Shown here: piece after piece, positions 38,553-48,715 of the stretch | How positions within the stretch are numbered: position 1 is the stretch's first letter | How the letters are laid out: each line of letters begins with the position of its first letter | Assembly (NCBI GenBank): GCA_020851415.1 | Contig: JADZCU010000032.1 | Span: 38,379-102,378 of the forward strand | Reading direction: 5' to 3' | DNA: 64,000 nucleotides | Origin: Candidatus Peregrinibacteria bacterium | Lineage (GTDB): Bacteria > Patescibacteriota > Gracilibacteria > UBA1369 | The notes under the pieces: model-generated | The model's database searches: none | Seen by the model: the letters and a program-made list of their open reading frames with translations, nothing else | What the model was told of the DNA's origin: nothing | Made by a program: the position numbers and the translations under genes

Positions 38553-39497
38553 CTAAGTCTTTTTTAAAATTGGTATTTCGATAACAAAAGAAGCTCCTTT
38601 GCTCGGGCGGCAATCATCATCAATATCATCACAATCAGTATTGTTCATAATATCCCAGTTACCATCCATCGCTTCAATCAACTGATTACATCGAATAAGT
38701 CCAATACCGTGTCCCCCTTTGGTGGTAAAACCTGGAGTCAAAAGTTTTAGCTTTTCATCCATAGTAATTCCGGGTCCATTATCCTGCACAATAATCTGAA
38801 CCAGATCACGAAAAACACGTGCCTGAATATGGATTTGCGGAAACGCACCGCCCCTTTTTTCACATATTTCAACGGCATTGATAAAAATATTATGCAAAAT
38901 TTCATGCAGGGCACGTTTGTTTCCAAGGACAGAGAGTCCTGGACTAATATCAGAAGTAATTTTTGCATGATCATCAAAAAGCTCATGCCATCCCTGAACC
39001 AGATTATTCAAAAAATCGGAAATATGAATATCTTTCATTTCATCAACAACCGCAGCAGTTTGCTCAACCCTGTTTCTTGTGGAATCACGAAGTTCTCTCA
39101 CCAGCCCGATCATAGTTTCAAGACTGGATTTCAAAGGACTTAGCAGCGATTTAACCTGTTCGGGATCAACTTGATCCTCAGAAAGAGCTGCCTTTGCCGC
39201 AAGCCGACTTAAGGCAGATTCTGTCATTGAAGCCACAGCAAGCTGCTGATTGATTTCATGGACAAAAACCTGCACATCACCCGCCAGAGGTTGTCTCATA
39301 GGTTGAATATCCCTGAGCGCGCGCACTTCTGTAGATGCTCTTGGAACAACATCAGATTTACGCCCATTTCCCGCATAACGGTTACCGGGATTTTCCGCCC
39401 CATTTTCTGCATCATTACCAAAAACACCCCCTGCTTCACCACCCGATGTTGCATCAGTGTCTAAACCTGGAGTTGTTGTAAGTTTTTCTGCTCCCAT
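38553..39497 (-). CDS. Soluble sensor histidine kinase (HisKA-like plus HATPase_c), no adjacent response regulator
   Basis: It has an H-box-like FVHEINQQLAV, an N-box HEILHNIFINAVE, and G-boxes QDNGPGI and GGHGIGL. There is no TM segment. Confidence 0.7.
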   Translation of the reverse strand: MGAEKLTTTPGLDTDATSGGEAGGVFGNDAENGAENPGNRYAGNGRKSDVVPRASTEVRALRDIQPMRQPLAGDVQVFVHEINQQLAVASMTESALSRLAAKAALSEDQVDPEQVKSLLSPLKSSLETMIGLVRELRDSTRNRVEQTAAVVDEMKDIHISDFLNNLVQGWHELFDDHAKITSDISPGLSVLGNKRALHEILHNIFINAVEICEKRGGAFPQIHIQARVFRDLVQIIVQDNGPGITMDEKLKLLTPGFTTKGGHGIGLIRCNQLIEAMDGNWDIMNNTDCDDIDDDCRPSKGASFVIEIPILKKT

Positions 39498-39571
39498 CGC
39501 TGAGCTTAGGGAAAGTAAATCTAATCACCTTTCCATGGATTTGGCAAGGTTTTTATATGCTTGCCGGGGGA

Positions 39572-39982
39572 CTACTCCTTTTTAGCTTCCTTTGGCTGAA
39601 ATTTAAGGGCGACAGAGTTGATGCAGTACCGCTGATGTGTTGGCGCAGGGCCATCGTCAAATACATGCCCCAGATGAGAGCCACACTTTTTACAAAGGAC
39701 TTCGGTGCGCACCATTCCCAGACTGTCATCCTCTCTAAACTCCACATTTTCTTTATTCACAGCGTCCCAAAAGCTTGGCCAGCCTGTCCCCGAATCAAAC
39801 TTATTTTGTGAAGAAAAGAGTTCAGAGCCGCAAGCGATGCACACATACATACCCGGATCGTGTTTATCATAAAGATCACCGCTAAAAGGGGCCTCCGTAC
39901 CCTTTCTTCTGCAGACATGAAACTGTTCTGCAGTCAGCTTTTCCTTCCAGTAATTTTCATCTTTTTTGTTATCCTCAGCCAT
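39572..39982 (-). CDS. msrB: Peptide-methionine (R)-S-oxide reductase
   Basis: It has two CxxC pairs ([21 protein letters not shown]) and GTGWPSF. ATG at 39982 is preferred. Confidence 0.92.
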   Translation of the reverse strand: MAEDNKKDENYWKEKLTAEQFHVCRRKGTEAPFSGDLYDKHDPGMYVCIACGSELFSSQNKFDSGTGWPSFWDAVNKENVEFREDDSLGMVRTEVLCKKCGSHLGHVFDDGPAPTHQRYCINSVALKFQPKEAKKE

Positions 39983-40049
39983 AAAAATCAATATTACAAA
40001 ACACTGACAATCTACCATTTTCAATCAATAAAAAATAGTGTAGAAAGTC

Positions 40050-40658
40050 ATGGCCTTAATTTTTGACGAAACAATGACAGACTTAGAAACAACACAGGAA
40101 TCACCAGTTTACGACCCGGAAGCGGATGAAATCACTATTCGTGAACGCTGTGTCCCAATCACCAGTTTAGACGGTACGACTCAGTTGATGAAAATCTCGC
40201 CTCCGGTTATACCTTTTGAAGCTCAAACCAAAACTCAAAGCCTTGAATGTACACCATCCCAGGCTTTTGACGCATTCCTCTATATGCTCTTCGATAAATA
40301 CGCAGAAATTTATAAACAAGCCATGTATGCCGGCCTTGCCGAACAGCATATTCGAATATCGGCAAAAGTCGAATATAACCAATCCACGGAAACCAGAGAA
40401 ATTAGCTATCAGCTAATCTGCGGGCAAAAATCCTCACCCATTGCCATCACGCCACCAATGAAAAATTGGAACGCTTTTCTGGACAAAACGGAAGAGCAAA
40501 TCAGAAATCTTTGCAAAGTGCATATAAATAGAAAAAGACAGCAGGAAAGGGCAAAAAGAGATTTTGAGCACGCAGTTGAATCGGATCCTACTGTTTCAGC
40601 GCGCGTTTCTCAAACTCTTGTCACCGGCTTGGCACCGATACAAAAAAATCTCAGTTAA
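40050..40658 (+). CDS. Hypothetical protein
   Basis: This is only an ORF. I recognise no motif. Confidence 0.35.
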   Translation: MALIFDETMTDLETTQESPVYDPEADEITIRERCVPITSLDGTTQLMKISPPVIPFEAQTKTQSLECTPSQAFDAFLYMLFDKYAEIYKQAMYAGLAEQHIRISAKVEYNQSTETREISYQLICGQKSSPIAITPPMKNWNAFLDKTEEQIRNLCKVHINRKRQQERAKRDFEHAVESDPTVSARVSQTLVTGLAPIQKNLS

Positions 40659-40786
40659 AAAATCAGCAACTAAATTAGACCGATTTTTTATATTTACACA
40701 ACACCAAGAAAAATACCCCTGTAATATCGGGGTCACTTTCGGTTATAATCTACCGGAATAACCCAATTTTTTTTACCCCTTATCCT

Positions 40787-43495
40787 ATGAAACGTCAGAT
40801 CGCATCGTTTGCGCTCTTGAGCGTTCTGCTAAGTCTCAACGGCATTGCCATTGCAGCAGAAACCTCAACAACGACAACGACAGGTGTCTTCTCCGACGTT
40901 CCAAGAGAGTCTTTCAGTACAGACTCATTGGAATACCTAAAGGAGAACAATATTGTCAGCGGCTACCCCGATGGCACATTCAAACCCACGGCTGAAATCA
41001 ATCGCGCCGAATTCACAAAAATTATCGTTGGCGCATTAACGGACAGCCCAAAAGGTTCAAACTGTTTTTCTGACGTAAAAGATGAATGGTTTGCCCCTTA
41101 TGTATGTGAGGCAAAAGAACGAAAAATTATCGATGGTTACGCAGATGGAACCTTTAAACCTGCGGAAAACATCAATTTCTCAGAGGCATCAAAGATCGTT
41201 GCTAACGCTTTTGGTGTAACTCCAGATAACGGCGGCGACCCAAATGCGGAAAACTGGTATCAGCCGTTTGTAGTTGGTTTGGAAACCCAAAAAGCAATCC
41301 CACTCTCTGTAGATTTCTTTGACGAAAAAATCACTCGTGATGAAATGGCCGAGATGACATATCGTCTCAAAGCAAAAGTTACAGACAAAGGTTCACGCAG
41401 CTATAAAGAAATCGAAGGAGACAGTTTTGTCACCGTCGATTCCTGCAAACAACTTGAGGACCGTTATGAACACTACCTTTACAAGAGCGGTTCATACAAC
41501 ACCCCGGGAGACGTATATTACATGGAAGGAATGGGCGCCGGTGAACCGGCAGCAGCTCCAGCTCCAACCACTGACGCTACAAAATCTGCTGAAGAATCAT
41601 CAAGTTCAGGTTCAGCCGACTACTCAACAACCAACGTTCAGGTCGAAGGTGTAGATGAAGCAGACATTATCAAAAACGATGGAAAATACATCTATCTTAT
41701 CAAAGGAAATTCGGTTCGTATTATCGAAGCATACCCTGCTGACAACATGAAAGAATTGGTAAGTTTCCAGCTTGGTGACGCAGATGAAACTTTCTATCCA
41801 AGTGAAATGTATGTTGATGGGAACAAATTGGTAGTAGTTGGAAGCAAGAGCTTCTACTACACATACCCAATGGTAGAAGATACTTCAACGATGGACACAA
41901 AAATGATTTCACCTTCATACTACGGCAGTGGCAGAACAAAAGTTTTCATCGTAGATGTTACAGACCACAGCAAACCAACAGTGAAACGTTCAGTGGAGTT
42001 TGACGGTAACTACTCAACATCACGTAAAGTAGACGGAACACTCTACATGGTAATGAACAAATACCCATACTATCCTGTTATCTACAACGAGACGACAGGC
42101 GAATATGATCGCGACACAACTGGCTTCATCCCAATGATGAAAGATTCAAAAAACACAACTGAAGAGATTATCGTTCCATGTAATAAAGTAATGTTATTAC
42201 CAAAACCACAGAACTTTAATTTCCTCATTACCGCTGCAATCCCGGTAAACGACGAAACAAAAGATGTTTCCCGTGCAATGATTCTCGGTGACACACAAAA
42301 CGTGTATGCATCAAAAGAAAGCCTTTATGTAGCTGCAACAGACTGGGGTAACGGCTACTATCAGCCATACGGCTCATTTGGCACACAGGTCTACCGTTTC
42401 GCTTTGGGTGATGGAACCATCGAGTACGCAAGCAAAGGAAAAGTACCGGGCAACATCATCAATCAGTTCAGCATGGATGAATCAAACAAAACATTCCGCA
42501 TTGCTACAACAAAAAATGAATACGACCCGGACGATGAAATGAGCAACGGAGTATATGTTTTTGATCAATCAATGAAACAGCTTGGAAAAATTGAAGGCAT
42601 CGCTCCAGGCGAAAAAATCTACTCAACTCGTTTCATGGGTAACCGTCTGTACATGGTAACTTTCAAAACAGTAGATCCGCTTTTTGTTATCGATCTCTCC
42701 AACAGCGCCAGTCCAAAGATCCTTGGCAAGCTCAAGGTTCCTGGCTACTCAACATATCTCCACCCATACGACGAAACCCATTTAATCGGCTTTGGTAACG
42801 ACGTAGACGAAAGCATCGATGCAGACAAAGTTCACTCAGAGGACGCTATCTATTACACAGCGGTACTCGGTATGAAGATCGCCATGTTCGATGTAACGGA
42901 CGTCAATCATCCAAAAGAAATGTTCAAAGAAGTAATCGGTGACAGAGGTACAACAAGTGATGTTCTCTATAATCACAAAGCATTACTCTTCGACAAAGAA
43001 AAAGGCCTCATGGCATTCCCATTAACAGTTTATGAAATCGAAGATCCAAAAAACTGCAGCGAAAATACCTACTCAACATGTCAGGAAGGTTGCCAGAAAA
43101 TATGCGTACCAAAAACCTGTACATACGACAATGGAATCAAAGTTTGCAGCGCTGATTGTGATGGCGAAAACAGCTGCGTCCAGCAAGAATACACCTATGG
43201 CAAACCAACATTCCAGGGTGCTTACGTATACAACGTAGATCTCACAAACGGCTTCTCTCTCAAGGGTAAAGTAAGCCACTATACAGATGAAGAAACAGCC
43301 GAGGCAGTAACTCAAGGCTGGTTCAGTGACTACGAAAAAACCATCATGCGCGCTCTCTACATCGGTGAAAACTTATACACAGTTTCATCGGGCTATGTAA
43401 AAGCAAACGCCCTTTCCGATTTGGCTGAAAAAAGCATGTTGAAACTCGCAGACGCTACATACGATCTCGGTTACGACAAACCAATGCCTCTCTAA
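40787..43495 (+). CDS. SLH-domain surface protein fused to a secreted beta-propeller domain (PF09826-like)
   Basis: It has a signal peptide and two SLH repeats (GYPDGTFKPTAEINRAE, GYADGTFKPAENINFSE). TNVQVEGVDEADIIKNDGKYIYLI and VDPLFVIDLS..P follow, which are typical of the beta-propeller domain family. Confidence 0.8.
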   Translation: MKRQIASFALLSVLLSLNGIAIAAETSTTTTTGVFSDVPRESFSTDSLEYLKENNIVSGYPDGTFKPTAEINRAEFTKIIVGALTDSPKGSNCFSDVKDEWFAPYVCEAKERKIIDGYADGTFKPAENINFSEASKIVANAFGVTPDNGGDPNAENWYQPFVVGLETQKAIPLSVDFFDEKITRDEMAEMTYRLKAKVTDKGSRSYKEIEGDSFVTVDSCKQLEDRYEHYLYKSGSYNTPGDVYYMEGMGAGEPAAAPAPTTDATKSAEESSSSGSADYSTTNVQVEGVDEADIIKNDGKYIYLIKGNSVRIIEAYPADNMKELVSFQLGDADETFYPSEMYVDGNKLVVVGSKSFYYTYPMVEDTSTMDTKMISPSYYGSGRTKVFIVDVTDHSKPTVKRSVEFDGNYSTSRKVDGTLYMVMNKYPYYPVIYNETTGEYDRDTTGFIPMMKDSKNTTEEIIVPCNKVMLLPKPQNFNFLITAAIPVNDETKDVSRAMILGDTQNVYASKESLYVAATDWGNGYYQPYGSFGTQVYRFALGDGTIEYASKGKVPGNIINQFSMDESNKTFRIATTKNEYDPDDEMSNGVYVFDQSMKQLGKIEGIAPGEKIYSTRFMGNRLYMVTFKTVDPLFVIDLSNSASPKILGKLKVPGYSTYLHPYDETHLIGFGNDVDESIDADKVHSEDAIYYTAVLGMKIAMFDVTDVNHPKEMFKEVIGDRGTTSDVLYNHKALLFDKEKGLMAFPLTVYEIEDPKNCSENTYSTCQEGCQKICVPKTCTYDNGIKVCSADCDGENSCVQQEYTYGKPTFQGAYVYNVDLTNGFSLKGKVSHYTDEETAEAVTQGWFSDYEKTIMRALYIGENLYTVSSGYVKANALSDLAEKSMLKLADATYDLGYDKPMPL

Positions 43496-43524
43496 AAAAC
43501 ATAGCAAAAAATAGTAAGTTATCA

Positions 43525-43556
43525 AAAAGGGCTTCCATTATTTGGAAGCCCTTTTT
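43525..43556. terminator. Bidirectional terminator between convergent genes
   Basis: AAAAGGGCTTCC ATTATTT GGAAGCCCTTTTT forms the hairpin with flanking A and T runs. Confidence 0.7.
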
Positions 43557-43573
43557 CGTCAATGAACGCGCGA

Positions 43574-43918
43574 CTATTTTTTTGTCTTTTTCTTATCCTT
43601 CGCGTCCTCCTTCTTTTTATCCAGCTTATCCAGTTTCAAAAGTTTCACGCCAAAATAAACCACCAGAGCCACCACCATAAAATCAATAAAAACACTCACA
43701 AAATTCCCCCACATAATTTTAGCCGTACCAATCTCAAAATACGCTTCCTTAAGCCCTGAAGTCGCCCCAAGCACAAGCCCGATCATCGGATTGATCAAGT
43801 CGTTCACAACTGAACTGACAACTTTCGCAACTGACCCACCAAGGATAAAACCCACAGCCAGCCCCACTACTCCCTGTTCCCTGATAAAATCTGAAAATCC
43901 CTTCAAATGTTTTTTCAT
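43574..43918 (-). CDS. mscL: Large-conductance mechanosensitive channel
   Basis: FIREQGVVGLAVGFILGGSVAKVVSSVVNDLINPMIG matches the MscL TM1 pattern. The size and basic C-terminus also fit. Confidence 0.92.
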   Translation of the reverse strand: MKKHLKGFSDFIREQGVVGLAVGFILGGSVAKVVSSVVNDLINPMIGLVLGATSGLKEAYFEIGTAKIMWGNFVSVFIDFMVVALVVYFGVKLLKLDKLDKKKEDAKDKKKTKK

Positions 43919-44006
43919 ATGTATTTTTTAGGAAATGCAGCAATCAGTGTAACACGATTGTTATGATTTCATCGATGGTGAAATGAAAAACGTATATCCT
44001 GAGCGA

Positions 44007-44438
44007 TCAAACCTTCCCCATCCAGTCGCTTTTTTCAGCTTTCAATAAAATCTCTTTCAAAATATCAAAATCAATATCCTCAAACTTTTTAAACCGAATA
44101 CAACTTTTTCCGGTGCTCGCTTTCGGCAATTTATCCTTATAAGTTTCCGCAAGATACTTATCGCCAATTAAAGAGCAAACGTAAATTGAGATATAGTTTT
44201 TTTGGCTCGCCAAAGACACTAAACACCATTCCCCCTCGCGGCCGCTTTTTGATTTATAGTGATATTTCCCATAGCCGGGCATATTATAAAGAAATGTCGG
44301 TTTCAAATTCGGCACAGTTTTACGAATAAAAGCATCAATCTTTTTGATCTCACTTTTCCTCGGTTCTGCCAGCAGATCAAAATACTCCTGAGTACTTGTG
44401 GCCTTAACAGGCTTAAACATATTCATAAAAATTTCCAA
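44007..44438 (-). CDS. DUF1801 (YdhG-like) domain protein
   Basis: The size and the pattern ..IRKTVP.L.P....MPGYG...KNYISIY..CIRFKKFEDID.. are consistent with DUF1801. Confidence 0.6.
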   Translation of the reverse strand: MEIFMNMFKPVKATSTQEYFDLLAEPRKSEIKKIDAFIRKTVPNLKPTFLYNMPGYGKYHYKSKSGREGEWCLVSLASQKNYISIYVCSLIGDKYLAETYKDKLPKASTGKSCIRFKKFEDIDFDILKEILLKAEKSDWMGKV

Positions 44439-44456
44439 AAAATATAAAAAACGGAA

Positions 44457-44822
44457 CTAGCGTATTTTTTTCTTAACCGGTTTTTTCGTTAATTTTGCTT
44501 TCAGGGATATTTCCTCTGCCTCCCCAACCCACGTACGTAACTCCTCCGCATCGTCCAATATCGGCTCGGGAACAAGCCAGTAAGGCATAGAAGATTTTTT
44601 GCCCTTCATTTCATATTCAAACGGCTTACTGCCGGCATCTTTATACTTTTCTACCGTTGTCTCATCAACCTTAAAATACAACTGATTTTCTACAATAATG
44701 CCAAAAATAACTCCATCTTTATACATACCAAAACCGCCAAACATGGCCCGTGCAGAAATACCATCAATACCCGACATCAAATCTTCTGTCACATATTGAG
44801 CGTAATCTTTAGATGAACTCAT
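44457..44822 (-). CDS. TfoX/Sxy N-terminal domain protein
   Basis: ARAMFGGFGMYKDGVIFGIIVENQLYFKVDE is typical of TfoX_N. Confidence 0.8.
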   Translation of the reverse strand: MSSSKDYAQYVTEDLMSGIDGISARAMFGGFGMYKDGVIFGIIVENQLYFKVDETTVEKYKDAGSKPFEYEMKGKKSSMPYWLVPEPILDDAEELRTWVGEAEEISLKAKLTKKPVKKKIR

Positions 44823-44852
44823 AAATAAAAATTACCGAAAATACAAATATTT

Positions 44853-45212
44853 CTAATTGAGATATTTTTTCGCGTACGTCTCAATAGCCAACAGCACCGG
44901 CAACATTCCCTCCCCTTTTTTTGTCAGTGAATAACTCACGGAGAGCTTATCAATCAACTCTTTTTTCCTTTCAATAAAACCCATTTTTTCCAATTTCTTC
45001 AGTCTTGAAGTAAGTGTCACCGGATTAACTCCTCCAACTTTTCTTTGAATTTCACAAAACCTTTTCTCCCCATCCGACAACGAACGAATAATAAATAAAG
45101 TCCACACATCGCCAAAAACTTCATGTCCCTTCCCAACGCACTGTGGAATAGAGCAGCTATCAGCCGCCTTTTTCACATTCTCCAATTTGTCAGGTTTGTG
45201 TCCTTGACTCAT
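44853..45212 (-). CDS. HxlR-family winged-helix transcriptional regulator
   Basis: FGDVWTLFIIRSL..GEKRFCEIQR...VNPVTLTSRLKKLEKMGFIER is present. Confidence 0.88.
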   Translation of the reverse strand: MSQGHKPDKLENVKKAADSCSIPQCVGKGHEVFGDVWTLFIIRSLSDGEKRFCEIQRKVGGVNPVTLTSRLKKLEKMGFIERKKELIDKLSVSYSLTKKGEGMLPVLLAIETYAKKYLN

Positions 45213-45223
45213 AAGGCGTATAT

Positions 45224-45247
45224 CACTATACTTTTTATAGTACTATA
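45224..45247. promoter_or_regulatory. Candidate HxlR operator in the divergent intergenic region
   Basis: A perfect 12-bp palindrome TATAGTACTATA lies at 45236-45247. An extra ACTATA half-site lies at 45225-45230. Confidence 0.4.
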
Positions 45248-45289
45248 TAAATTATAGCACCAAATCCTATTTCTAGTAAATAACATACT

Positions 45290-45925
45290 ATGCAAGAAAA
45301 AATTTTGAAAGCTTTGAACTGGCGTTACGCGGTAAAAGTCTTTGACCCAACCAAAAAAATAACCGAAGAAGAACTACATACAATTCTTGAAAGTGGCAGA
45401 CTCGCGCCAAGTTCAATTGGTATTGAGCCATGGAAATTCATCGTCGTAGAAAATAAAGAGTTGCGCCAAAAATTACGCGCAGCCGGCTATGACCAGTCAA
45501 AAATCACAGATGCCTCTTACCTGATAATCATCGCCCGCCGAACGGATGTACGCCAAAATATAGCTAACGAGTTAATTGAACGAACAGCAGACATACAGAA
45601 AGTAAAACACGAAGACCTGGGCGGCCTCCGACAAATGGCGGAAGGTGGCATCTCCAGACATGACGATCAATCTTTAGACACATGGGCAAGATCTCAAACA
45701 TACATCCCGTTCGGCATTATGATCCATACGGCTGCGCTCCTGGGAATCGACGCCGGCCCCATGGAAGGCTTTAGCGCGGAACAGGTAGATGAAATCCTCG
45801 GTCTCAAAGAAAAAAATCTCAAATCAACCACCATGCTCACACTCGGCCACCGCGGTGAAGACCCCGCCGCAGAACGTCCAAAAGTCCGTCGCAAATTCGA
45901 GGACGTAGTCGAATTCATCAAATAA
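45290..45925 (+). CDS. NAD(P)H-dependent nitroreductase family oxidoreductase
   Basis: LNWRYAVKVFDP, GRLAPSSIGIEPWKFIVV and the overall length fit an NfsB-like fold. Confidence 0.88.
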   Translation: MQEKILKALNWRYAVKVFDPTKKITEEELHTILESGRLAPSSIGIEPWKFIVVENKELRQKLRAAGYDQSKITDASYLIIIARRTDVRQNIANELIERTADIQKVKHEDLGGLRQMAEGGISRHDDQSLDTWARSQTYIPFGIMIHTAALLGIDAGPMEGFSAEQVDEILGLKEKNLKSTTMLTLGHRGEDPAAERPKVRRKFEDVVEFIK

Positions 45926-45992
45926 TCTGAGCAGCAAAAAAATCCTCATTCTCTCAGCCGGACAACCAACAACCAACCCCGATAAAAATTTC

Positions 45993-46082
45993 TGGCGGAG
46001 AGACTGAGATTCGAACTCAGGAGGGGCTTGCGCCCCTGACAGTTTTCAAGACTGTTGCCTTCAACCACTCGGCCATCTCTCC
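45993..46082 (-). tRNA. tRNA-Ser (anticodon TGA), long variable arm, CCA encoded
   Basis: The reverse complement reads GGAGAGATGGCCGAGTGGTTGAAGGCAACAGTCTTGAAAACTGTCAGGGGCGCAAGCCCCTCCTGAGTTCGAATCTCAGTCTCTCCGCCA. Confidence 0.93.
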
Positions 46083-46318
46083 GTATAAACTGCTACTCGC
46101 TGCTTAGGCGAGCTTTTACAATCTCATCAAGCGAGGCTCACTATACAAAAAAAGTTTCGCAGACTCAAGGCAAAAAAAGTCCCACTTTAGCGAACCTTTA
46201 AAACAATATTAAGGCAACATCAGGCAATATTTAAATATTCCTCATAACAAAATCACAGTTGGATAATATTTTTGTTAGCGGCACTCATGAATAATAGTGC
46301 CCCTTAACCAAAACCAAT

Positions 46319-46651
46319 ATGAACCAATGCACATCTAAACACGATCCCACTGGAAAAGATCTCAGTTCAGGCCAAAAAACAATCCTGTGCGGCCGTGGAA
46401 TTAACCTCAAAGAGCGTGAACATGAGCTGCTCATATTCCTCTTAAAAAATCGCAACAAGCTCATAAATCGTTTAACACTCTTGGAATGTGTGTGGAATTT
46501 CCATTCGCCAAACAGCAAAGGAACCCTGGAAAACCACATCGGATCCCTAAGAAAAAAACTCAGTCATCTCAAAAACGAAATGCAAATAGAGACCGTTTAC
46601 GGCCATGGTTATCGCCTCAAAACAGAGTGGAATATTACTGCAAATCCTTAA
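46319..46651 (+). CDS. Stand-alone OmpR/PhoB-type winged-helix DNA-binding domain protein (no receiver domain)
   Basis: LKEREHELLIFLLKNRNKLINRLTLLECVW......TLENHIGSLRKKL......IETVYGHGYRLK matches Trans_reg_C. Confidence 0.7.
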   Translation: MNQCTSKHDPTGKDLSSGQKTILCGRGINLKEREHELLIFLLKNRNKLINRLTLLECVWNFHSPNSKGTLENHIGSLRKKLSHLKNEMQIETVYGHGYRLKTEWNITANP

Positions 46652-47876
46652 GATATTTTACGGCGGCATCCAGTTGGGGATCTGTACCACTTTCAGCATC
46701 CTCATCAGTAAATTTCACTTCAATATCGGGAGTAATTCCAACATGATCGATACTCTTACCATTTGGTGTGTACCACTTGGCAATAGTCATACGCAGGCTC
46801 GAATCATCAGGCAATTTAGCAACCTCCTGTACGCTGCCCTTACCAAAAGAGGTCTCTCCCATAATAATACCTCGTTTATGATCCTGAATTGCCCCGGCAA
46901 CGATTTCAGAAGCGGAAGCCGTTCCGTCATTGATCAAAACCACCATCGGTACGGTAGCAAGTTTTGCTGCACCGCTCACATACAGAGTTTCATTGTCCTC
47001 TTCTAATCTTCGTTTAATGGTAACAGCAGGAATCTGGCCCGGTAAAAGTTCCGAAAGAATATCAACAGAAATATCCAGGTATCCACCCCCGTTATTACGC
47101 AGATCCAGAACAACCCCCTTTGGATCATGAAGAATAACATCTTTCAATATATCTTCAAATTCAGGCTTAGTAGAGTCATTAAACTGATTGATACTAATAT
47201 AATAAACTCCATCATCTTTCTCTTCCACAGAAACACTTTCCACATTGACCTTGTCACGGGTAAGAACAACATCAAAAGGTTCTTTCTCGCCGCGAACTAT
47301 AGTTAAAGTAACATTCGTCCCTTTTTCTCCGCGAATCTTCATAATCGCATCAAAAAGAGTCAATTCAGAGGTCAACGCTCCGTCAATTTTATAAACAATA
47401 TCTCCAGGTTGAAGTCCGGCTTTCTCCGCTGGTGAATCCTTCAGAGGCGTAACAACCACCAAAGATCCCTCACGTACAGTAAGCTCCGCGCCAATACCCT
47501 CAAGTTCACCATTCAGGCTCTGATCAAACTCTTTCGTTTCATCAGGTGTCATATAAGAAGTAAACGGATCATCAAGAGCCGAAACCATACCCTTAATAGC
47601 TCCATAAACCATCTTTTGCTTATTCAGGGCGGTCTCATCAACATAAGACTCGGAAAGCATCCCCCAGACCTGCCAGAAAATCGTTAAGTCAGCTTCAGGT
47701 TTATCCGATGAGTTTATAAGCGAAGTAAGTGCCGCAACCGGCGAAACCTCTGACTCATCAATATTCTGCGTACCCGCAGCGGTTTTATGAATCAAATAAT
47801 AACTGGAGCTCTCCCACCCGAAGGTAAAGATAACTGCAAAAATAAGAACGTATTTGAGAAATTTTGGGAACTTCAT
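46635..47876 (-). CDS. S41-family carboxy-terminal processing peptidase
   Basis: It has a PDZ domain (GLQPGDIVYKIDG) and the catalytic region LINDGTASASEIVAGAIQDHKRGIIMGETSFGKGSVQ. ATG at 47876 is preferred. Confidence 0.9.
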   Translation of the reverse strand: MKFPKFLKYVLIFAVIFTFGWESSSYYLIHKTAAGTQNIDESEVSPVAALTSLINSSDKPEADLTIFWQVWGMLSESYVDETALNKQKMVYGAIKGMVSALDDPFTSYMTPDETKEFDQSLNGELEGIGAELTVREGSLVVVTPLKDSPAEKAGLQPGDIVYKIDGALTSELTLFDAIMKIRGEKGTNVTLTIVRGEKEPFDVVLTRDKVNVESVSVEEKDDGVYYISINQFNDSTKPEFEDILKDVILHDPKGVVLDLRNNGGGYLDISVDILSELLPGQIPAVTIKRRLEEDNETLYVSGAAKLATVPMVVLINDGTASASEIVAGAIQDHKRGIIMGETSFGKGSVQEVAKLPDDSSLRMTIAKWYTPNGKSIDHVGITPDIEVKFTDEDAESGTDPQLDAAVKYLKDLQ

Positions 47877-47923
47877 CTGTATATTATACAATATAATCAA
47901 TATTTAATCAAATTTTCAACCGA

Positions 47924-48715
47924 TCAATTAAAATACCTTTGCAGACGCTCAATCGAAACAGCTTTGCGGGTTTTATCATCAACTTCAATCAAACAACTGT
48001 TAAAAACCGTTGGTCCGCTGGCAACCTCATGTTTCACGGGCATTTGGCTTAGAAAGTGCTCAATAATACCTTTTTTTTCAGCACCAATAACAGAATCAAT
48101 CGGGCCGGTAAACCCCGCATCGCTCTGAAAAGCTGTTCCACCGGATAAGACCCTTTCATCCGCCGTTGGAACGTGAGTATGGGTACCCACAACCGCAGTC
48201 ACTCGTCCGTCCAAATAATGTGCCAGTGCCATTTTTTCAGACGTAGTTTCAGCGTGAAAATCAACAAAAATAGCAGCCAGTTGCTCATGTCTTGTCTCCT
48301 CCAAAATCTTATCCGCGGCGCGGAAAGGGCAATCCAAATGCATCGGCATAAAAATACGTCCCATCAGGTTAATCACCAAAACACGCTGTTTCAAGCCACC
48401 TTCAACGATCTCATATCCACGCCCCGGCACATTCTGCGGATAATTCGCAGGCCGCACCAGCGGAACCCTTTTACTATCCATAAAAGGAATAATCGCACGT
48501 TCCTTAAAAACATGATTACCCGAAGTAAAAAAATCCACACCCGCCTTTTGCATCTCATGCAGATCATCTTCGGTAATCCCTTTCCCGTGATGAATGTTTT
48601 CCGCATTGGCAATCACCAAATGTGCACCATATTTCTCACGATATTCAGGTAAAGCCTTCTTTACCGCTTCACGTCCCGGTCTTCCAAAAATGTCCCCGAT
48701 AAAAATAATTTTCAT
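47924..48715 (-). CDS. ymdB: YmdB-type (TIGR00282) metallophosphoesterase
   Basis: MKIIFIGDIFGRPGREAV...VIANAENIHHGKGIT...GNH...HAETTSEK is present. ATG at 48715 is preferred. Confidence 0.9.
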   Translation of the reverse strand: MKIIFIGDIFGRPGREAVKKALPEYREKYGAHLVIANAENIHHGKGITEDDLHEMQKAGVDFFTSGNHVFKERAIIPFMDSKRVPLVRPANYPQNVPGRGYEIVEGGLKQRVLVINLMGRIFMPMHLDCPFRAADKILEETRHEQLAAIFVDFHAETTSEKMALAHYLDGRVTAVVGTHTHVPTADERVLSGGTAFQSDAGFTGPIDSVIGAEKKGIIEHFLSQMPVKHEVASGPTVFNSCLIEVDDKTRKAVSIERLQRYFN

